64,000 nucleotides of DNA from an uncultured Candidatus Actinomarina sp. GTDB taxonomy: Bacteria; Actinomycetota; Acidimicrobiia; Actinomarinales; Actinomarinaceae. Made by a program: the position numbers and the translations under genes. Shown one piece after another: positions 57,910-64,000 of the stretch (within the stretch, counting starts at the first letter, position 1; each line of letters opens with the position of its first letter). The stretch is taken from the NCBI GenBank assembly GCA_902596545.1, contig CACJUH010000001.1, forward strand, positions 6,858-70,857, read 5' to 3'. The notes beneath the pieces were generated by a model. That model was not told the DNA's origin. It saw only the letters and a program-made list of their open reading frames with translations, and did no database searches.

Positions 57910-60900
57910 ATGGAAAAAATATTTGATGAGTTAAGTATTAGTCTTGCAACATCTGATCAAATGAGAAGTTGGTCATTTGGAGAAGTAAAGAAGCCTGAAA
58001 CAATCAACTATAGAACTTTGAAGCCTGAAAAAGACGGACTTTTTGATGAAAGAATATTTGGACCAACAAAAGATTGGGAATGTTCATGTGGAAGATATAA
58101 GAGAATCAGGTATAGGGGCATTGTTTGTGAGAGATGCGGAGTTGAGGTAACAAGAAGAGAAGTAAGGCGAGAAAGAATGGGGCATATAGAACTAGCTGCT
58201 CCAGTAACTCATATTTGGTATTTTAAAGGTGTACCAAGTCGCTTAGGTTATTTTCTTGATATGTCTCCAAAAGAATTGGAAAAAGTAATTTATTTTGCAG
58301 CCTATTTAGTAGTTTCCATTGATGCCAAGAAGCGAACAAAAGACCTAGCAGAACTTGAAGAAGCTGTTGTTGCAGAAGTAGAGATTGTTAATGAAGATTT
58401 TGAAGAGTGGGAACAAAAGAGAATTAAACAAATGGATACAGAAATTAAAGCTATGGAAAATGCCAAAATTCCAGAACCTGAGATCCAAATTAGAAAAAAA
58501 GAAGTTGAGAAAGAAATAAAGCAAAAAAAAGCTAAGTCAGATGCTGAAATTAAAGTTATTGAAGAGGCATTTTCAACTTTAAAAACTCTTAAGCCAAAGA
58601 CATTAATTGAAAATGATACTTTATGGCGAGAAATGATAGATAAGTATGACGAATACTTTACTGGTGGTATGGGAGCTGAATCAGTAAGAGAACTTGTACA
58701 ATTAGTAGATTTGAAAGCAGAAATGGAAAAACTTGAGAGCGATTTAGAGTCAAAGTCTGCACAAAGAAGACAGCGCGCAATTCAAAGAATGAAAGTAATT
58801 AAGCCATTTGCTGATGGAAAGAATCCTCCAGAAGCAATGATCCTTGAGGTTATACCCGTTATCCCTCCAGAACTACGACCAATGGTTCAACTTGACGGTG
58901 GGAGATTTGCAACATCAGATTTAAATGATTTATATAGAAGACTAATTAATAGAAACAACAGACTTAAAAAATTAATTGAACTCGGTGCTCCAGAAATAAT
59001 TATCAGTAATGAAAAAAGAATGTTACAAGAATCTGTTGATGCTCTTTTCGATAATGGAAGAAGAGGAAGAGCAGTCGCAGGCGCTGGAGGTAGAGGTCTC
59101 AAGTCACTTTCTGATATGTTAAAAGGAAAGCAAGGTAGGTTCCGTCAAAATCTTCTAGGAAAAAGAGTTGATTACTCAGCTAGATCTGTAATTGTTGTTG
59201 GTCCTCATCTCGAACTGCAACAATGTGGCTTACCTAAAATGATGGCTTTAGAACTTTTTAAACCATTTGTAATGAAAAGACTGGTTGAACTTGGTTTAGC
59301 CCAAAACATCAAATCTGCAAAACGTATGGTGGAAAGATCACGAGCACAAGTTTGGGATGTTTTGGCTGAAGTAATTGAAGAACATCCAGTCCTACTTAAT
59401 AGAGCTCCAACTTTGCACAGATTAGGTATCCAAGCATTTGAACCAATATTAGTTGAAGGCAAAGCAATTCAAGTTCATCCATTAGTTTGCGAGGCATTTA
59501 ATGCTGACTTTGATGGTGACCAAATGGCAGTTCACGTTCCACTTTCTGCTGAAGCCCAAGCTGAAGCAAGAGTTTTAATGCTATCAACCAATAACGTGCT
59601 ATCACCAGCATCTGGAAACCCGATTGTTTCTCCAAGTCAAGATATGGTTATCGGTCTTTATTACATAACTGAGTGCCATGATGACTTAGAATCAGCAAGT
59701 TTAAACTTTGTTGATTTTAATGAGGCTCAGATAGCTTATGAAAGTGGTCATATTGGACTTCAAACACCTATTAATGTTCGAGTTGGTGACCTTGCAGGTA
59801 GTTCTGAAATGCATAGTGAGTTAAAAGGAAGATTTTCAGAGTTAATTACTGAAGAACCAGTAGATGGTACAAAGTTAATGAAAACTACATTAGGTAGAAT
59901 GCACTTTAATTCAATACTTCCTGAAGACTTTCCTTACGTCCAAGCTTCTGTAAGAAAACCAGAAATGAAAAAAATTATTTCTGAAGTAATCGAAAGATAC
60001 AACAAAGCGGAATTGAGAATATTCCTTGATTCGATGAAATCAGTTGGGTTTAAATATGGTGCAAAGGCTGGCCTCACAGTTGCAATGAATGATGTAAAAA
60101 CACCTCCAAGCAAAAATCAAATTTTAGAAAAATATGAAAATGAAGCTGAGAAAGTTGAAAAACTTTATAAAGATGACATTATTACTGAAACAGAGAGAAA
60201 ACAAAAAATAATTGAAATTTGGAATGAAGCTACAGATCAAGTCCAATATGCCATGAGCGCTGAACTTGAATCAGAAAAATTCAACCCTGTTGATATGATG
60301 GTTAAGTCCGGAGCTCGTGGAAATATGATGCAGGTCAGACAGTTAGCTGGTATGAGAGGTCTTGTTGCAAATCCAAAAGGTGACATTATTGAAAGACCTA
60401 TTAAGAGTAACTTCCGAGAAGGCATGTCAGTTCTTGAGTATTTTATTTCTACTCATGGTGCGAGAAAAGGTTTGGCTGATACTGCTCTTAGAACTGCAGA
60501 CTCAGGATATCTTACAAGAAGACTCGTTGATGTTGCTGCTGGAATTGTTGTAAAAGATTTAGGAGATGAAAATATTGACTGGAGAGGTACGACAAAGAAC
60601 GTTATGCATGATGGTAAAGTCAGCCGTTATTTGCATTCAACATTATACGGTAGAGTGCTTTCCGAAGATGTAAAAGTAGATAAAAAAATTGTGGAGCTTG
60701 ATGATGGCACAAAACTATCTAAAGGTACTTTCGTAGATGCTGAAGTTTTAGATGCTATTGGTAAATCTGGCGTAGAGAGTGTTAATGTTTTGACACCTTT
60801 CAACTCATTACATCCTGAATCTATGGATCCACTTTGTTATGGATTCAGTTTGGCTACTGGAAAACCAGTCGAAGTCGGTGAAGCAGTTGGTATCATATCA

Positions 60901-61824
60901 GCCCAGTCAATTGGTGAACCTGGAACTCAATTAACAATGAGAACTTTTCACACTGGTGGAGTTGTTGGATTAGATATCACCTCTGGGCTGCCAAGAATAG
61001 TAGAGCTTTTTGAAGCAAGAACTCCAAAAGGTAAAGCTGTATTGTCTCCAATAAATGGAAAAGTTAAATCTGTTGATGTAACTCCTGAAGGTAACAAAAA
61101 TGTTTTTATTGCAAATGAAAAAGAAGAGGTTGAGTTATTAGTTTTAAGAAGGCAGACTCTTTTAGTTAATCAAGGAGATAGTGTCAATGCTGGAGATTCT
61201 TTAACTACAGGACCTAAAGACCCTAAAGAAGTTTTACAAATAAATGGTGTAAAAACTTGTCAAGAATATTTGGTTGACGAAGTCCAAAAGACTTATAGAG
61301 ACCAAGGAGTTGAAGTTCATGACAAGCATGTTGAAATGATTGTTCGACAAATGTTAAGAAGGGTAAGAATTGTTAAGTCAAACAATTCTGATTTCTTACC
61401 AAACGAACTTGTTGATGCAACATTGTTTAGAAAGACTAACCAAGAGTTAGTCAAAGATGGAAAAGTACCTGCTGAAGGAAGACCAGAGCTTATGGGTATC
61501 ACAAAAGCTAGCCTTGCAACAGACTCATGGTTATCAGCAGCCTCTTTCCAAGAAACAACAAGAGTACTAACTGAAGCAGCAATGAAGAGAAGCAATGATT
61601 CTCTGAGCGGCTTAAAAGAGAATGTTATTATTGGTACTTTGATCCCAGCTGGTACTGGATCAGAAGCATATCAATCATATACACCATCTTTACCAGATGC
61701 TCCTGAGGTTTCAGAATTAGGGTTTATGACATCTACTACAGAGGAATCTGAGGAAGATGCTTTGCCAAATCCTGCGCAATGGTTAGCTATGTTAGGTGAG
61801 GAAAAAGAGGAAGAAAACGAGTAA
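57910..61824 (+). CDS. rpoC: DNA-directed RNA polymerase subunit beta'
   Basis: Zn-finger [27 protein letters not shown] catalytic loop, 1304 aa. Confidence 0.97.
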   Translation: MEKIFDELSISLATSDQMRSWSFGEVKKPETINYRTLKPEKDGLFDERIFGPTKDWECSCGRYKRIRYRGIVCERCGVEVTRREVRRERMGHIELAAPVTHIWYFKGVPSRLGYFLDMSPKELEKVIYFAAYLVVSIDAKKRTKDLAELEEAVVAEVEIVNEDFEEWEQKRIKQMDTEIKAMENAKIPEPEIQIRKKEVEKEIKQKKAKSDAEIKVIEEAFSTLKTLKPKTLIENDTLWREMIDKYDEYFTGGMGAESVRELVQLVDLKAEMEKLESDLESKSAQRRQRAIQRMKVIKPFADGKNPPEAMILEVIPVIPPELRPMVQLDGGRFATSDLNDLYRRLINRNNRLKKLIELGAPEIIISNEKRMLQESVDALFDNGRRGRAVAGAGGRGLKSLSDMLKGKQGRFRQNLLGKRVDYSARSVIVVGPHLELQQCGLPKMMALELFKPFVMKRLVELGLAQNIKSAKRMVERSRAQVWDVLAEVIEEHPVLLNRAPTLHRLGIQAFEPILVEGKAIQVHPLVCEAFNADFDGDQMAVHVPLSAEAQAEARVLMLSTNNVLSPASGNPIVSPSQDMVIGLYYITECHDDLESASLNFVDFNEAQIAYESGHIGLQTPINVRVGDLAGSSEMHSELKGRFSELITEEPVDGTKLMKTTLGRMHFNSILPEDFPYVQASVRKPEMKKIISEVIERYNKAELRIFLDSMKSVGFKYGAKAGLTVAMNDVKTPPSKNQILEKYENEAEKVEKLYKDDIITETERKQKIIEIWNEATDQVQYAMSAELESEKFNPVDMMVKSGARGNMMQVRQLAGMRGLVANPKGDIIERPIKSNFREGMSVLEYFISTHGARKGLADTALRTADSGYLTRRLVDVAAGIVVKDLGDENIDWRGTTKNVMHDGKVSRYLHSTLYGRVLSEDVKVDKKIVELDDGTKLSKGTFVDAEVLDAIGKSGVESVNVLTPFNSLHPESMDPLCYGFSLATGKPVEVGEAVGIISAQSIGEPGTQLTMRTFHTGGVVGLDITSGLPRIVELFEARTPKGKAVLSPINGKVKSVDVTPEGNKNVFIANEKEEVELLVLRRQTLLVNQGDSVNAGDSLTTGPKDPKEVLQINGVKTCQEYLVDEVQKTYRDQGVEVHDKHVEMIVRQMLRRVRIVKSNNSDFLPNELVDATLFRKTNQELVKDGKVPAEGRPELMGITKASLATDSWLSAASFQETTRVLTEAAMKRSNDSLSGLKENVIIGTLIPAGTGSEAYQSYTPSLPDAPEVSELGFMTSTTEESEEDALPNPAQWLAMLGEEKEEENE

Positions 61825-61915
61825 AAACTTATAAAGAAAAGGTTGTTGTAAGTTTAAATTCGTCATATACTACTTTTTCGGTAAGCCAATAATACAAAAA
61901 TTGATTGGATAATTT

Positions 61916-62284
61916 ATGCCTACTATACAACAGTTGGTCAGAAAAGGAAGAAAGTCCAAAGTGTCAAAAGAAAAGACACCTGGACTTAAAGGTTCGCCTC
62001 AAAGAAGAGGTGTTTGTACTCGTGTATATACTGTGACGCCAAAAAAACCAAACTCTGCATTAAGAAAAGTATGTAGAGTAAGACTTTCAACCGGTACTGA
62101 GGTAACTGCATATATACCAGGAGAAGGACACAACTTACAGGAACATTCTATAGTACTAGTAAGAGGTGGAAGAGTTAAAGACCTTCCTGGTGTTAGATAC
62201 AAAGTTATCAGAGGTGCATTAGACACATCCGGAGTTTCTGATAGAAAACAAGCTAGGTCAAGGTACGGTAGTAAAAAGGGTTAA
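61916..62284 (+). CDS. rpsL: 30S ribosomal protein S12
   Basis: [11 protein letters not shown]...[11 protein letters not shown] conserved S12 sequence. Confidence 0.97.
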   Translation: MPTIQQLVRKGRKSKVSKEKTPGLKGSPQRRGVCTRVYTVTPKKPNSALRKVCRVRLSTGTEVTAYIPGEGHNLQEHSIVLVRGGRVKDLPGVRYKVIRGALDTSGVSDRKQARSRYGSKKG

Positions 62285-62287
62285 GTT

Positions 62288-62755
62288 ATGAGAAGAGGAC
62301 CATCACTAAAACGAAAAGCTGAACCAGATCCCATTTACAACAGTGTTTTAGTATCTCAAATAATAAATCAAGTTCTTTTAGACGGTAAAAAAGATTTAGC
62401 AAGCGGTATAGTTTATGGCGCTTTGGAACTAGTTCAAAAACAAGCAGGATCCGATGCTATGGATGTCTTAAAAGATGCCTTTGAAAATGTTAAACCTCAA
62501 ATAGAGACTAAATCAAGAAGAGTAGGCGGAACAAACTATCAAGTACCGATGGAAGTTCCAAATAGAAGGAGTACAACGCTTGCAATCCGATGGATTGTTG
62601 ATTCATCAAGAAAAAGAGGTGAAAAGACCATGTCAGAGCGTCTTGGTAGAGAGATACTCGATGCTAGTAACAAAACTGGTGCCTCAGTTAAAAAAAGAGA
62701 AGACGTACACAAAATGGCCGAATCAAATAGAGCATTTGCTCATTACAGGTGGTAA
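62288..62755 (+). CDS. rpsG: 30S ribosomal protein S7
   Basis: Conserved S7 sequence, 155 aa. Confidence 0.97.
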   Translation: MRRGPSLKRKAEPDPIYNSVLVSQIINQVLLDGKKDLASGIVYGALELVQKQAGSDAMDVLKDAFENVKPQIETKSRRVGGTNYQVPMEVPNRRSTTLAIRWIVDSSRKRGEKTMSERLGREILDASNKTGASVKKREDVHKMAESNRAFAHYRW

Positions 62756-62759
62756 AAAA

Positions 62760-64000
62760 ATGAGTAGAGAAGTTGAATTAAACAATTTAAGAAATATCGG
62801 AATCATGGCTCATATTGATGCTGGAAAAACAACATTGACCGAAAGAATTTTATATTACACAGGCAAAACTTACAAAATTGGAGAAGTTCATGATGGTGCT
62901 GCTGTTATGGATTGGATGGAGCAGGAGCAAGAAAGAGGGATAACTATTACCTCTGCTGCAACAACATGTTCTTGGAACAAGCACACAATTAATATTATCG
63001 ATACTCCAGGACACGTTGATTTTACTGTCGAGGTTGAAAGATCATTAAGAGTGCTTGATGGGGCAGTTGCAGTTTTTGATGGAGTTGCTGGTGTAGAGCC
63101 TCAGTCTGAAACAGTATGGAGACAGGCAGATAAATATAATGTACCAAGAATATGTTTTGTTAATAAATTAGACCGTACTGGTGCAGATTTTGATTTCGAT
63201 GTTCAATCTATTGTTGAAAGGCTAGAAGCAAAGCCCGCAGTACTTCATATTCCAATAGGTTCTGAAGCAGATTTTATAGGTGTGATCGATCTTGTCGAAA
63301 TGAAAGCCCATACATGGTCAAAAGATGATGGAACAGAATGGGATATCTCTGATATTCCAGATGATAAATTAGAAGAAGCACAGTTAAAAAGACAAGAGTT
63401 GCTTGATATAGTTGCTGAAGCCGATGATGATGTTTTAGAAAAATATTTTGCTGATGAAGAACTTTCAGTTGAAGATATTAAAAAAGCTATTAGAAAAGGT
63501 ACGCTCGATGGATTATTTGTACCAGTATTAGCTGGTAGTGCGTTTAAGAATAAAGGTGTACAACTTTTATTAGATGCTGTTGTTGATTATCTTCCGTCAC
63601 CTTTAGATATTGATGCTGTTACAGGATTTAAGCCTGGCGATGAAGAAAATGAACTCGTAAGAGAGCATAGTGACGAAGATCCATTCTCAGCCTTGGCATT
63701 TAAAGTAGTTAGTGATCCGCATGTTGGTAAATTGACTTACTTTAGAGTTTATTCAGGCACACTTAATAAAGGAGATAAAGTAACTAACACAACAACAGGT
63801 AAAGAAGAGAGACTTGGAAGAATTTTAAGAATGCACTCTAATTCAAGAGAAGATATAGATTTTATTTGCGCTGGAGATATTGTTGCTGGCGTAGGACTCA
63901 AAAATGCTAAGACGGGGGATACTTTATCAGCCTCATCAGACTTAATTCAATTAGAATCAATGACTTTTCCAGAACCTGTAATATCTGTAGCAATTGAGCC
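62760..64000 (+). CDS. fusA: Elongation factor G (3' end beyond window)
   Basis: G1 motif [17 protein letters not shown] and NKLDR GTPase motifs. Partial. Confidence 0.95.
   Translation, partial: MSREVELNNLRNIGIMAHIDAGKTTLTERILYYTGKTYKIGEVHDGAAVMDWMEQEQERGITITSAATTCSWNKHTINIIDTPGHVDFTVEVERSLRVLDGAVAVFDGVAGVEPQSETVWRQADKYNVPRICFVNKLDRTGADFDFDVQSIVERLEAKPAVLHIPIGSEADFIGVIDLVEMKAHTWSKDDGTEWDISDIPDDKLEEAQLKRQELLDIVAEADDDVLEKYFADEELSVEDIKKAIRKGTLDGLFVPVLAGSAFKNKGVQLLLDAVVDYLPSPLDIDAVTGFKPGDEENELVREHSDEDPFSALAFKVVSDPHVGKLTYFRVYSGTLNKGDKVTNTTTGKEERLGRILRMHSNSREDIDFICAGDIVAGVGLKNAKTGDTLSASSDLIQLESMTFPEPVISVAIE

Noticed and set aside
1-64000. CRISPR arrays, rRNA genes, IS elements, integrases, prophage or toxin-antitoxin modules
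   Set aside because: I found no direct-repeat or spacer periodicity, no rRNA-like sequence, and no transposase, integrase or recombinase-like ORFs in any frame. The window appears to be core chromosome.

Overview
The window looks like a gene-dense, AT-rich (roughly one-third GC by eye) chromosomal segment of a streamlined actinobacterium. The evidence is sequence and gene order. RpoB/RpoC/NuoB are strongly Mycobacterium-like at the protein level. The order tRNA-Tyr/Thr/Met - rpmG - ... - tRNA-Trp - secE - nusG - rplKA - rplJL - rpoBC - rpsLG - fusA is the actinobacterial arrangement. Rex and DtxR/IdeR-type regulators are present. Assignment to a marine or freshwater low-GC lineage such as Actinomarinales or acI is inference only. 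No rRNA, CRISPR array, integrase, transposase or obvious prophage or defense island is visible. Two separate NADH:quinone oxidoreductase (complex I) operons dominate the content. The first is a canonical 14-gene nuoA-N operon (6220-20457). It is preceded by a redox-sensing Rex repressor gene and a perfect Rex operator, TTGTGAAAATTTTCACAA, directly upstream of nuoA. The second is an 11-gene nuoABCDHIJKLMN operon (34746-44680) that lacks the NADH-oxidising module nuoEFG. A MidA/DUF185 (NDUFAF7-type) SAM methyltransferase gene follows it immediately. Other notable content is a heliorhodopsin gene (31890-32693) and a DtxR-family regulator next to ferrochelatase and an Fe(III)-type ABC importer. 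There is an ECF sigma / ZAS anti-sigma pair in the conserved tRNA-rpmG...trpT-secE locus, and a CvpA-CAP fusion protein. The rest is assorted transporters and housekeeping genes (tdk, htpX, rhodanese, PfkB kinase, quinone oxidoreductase). Several ORF-track entries are over-extended at the N-terminus (livJ-like, fbpA-like, nuoK, nuoJ2, secE, rpoB). I corrected those using RBS and start-codon context where I could.
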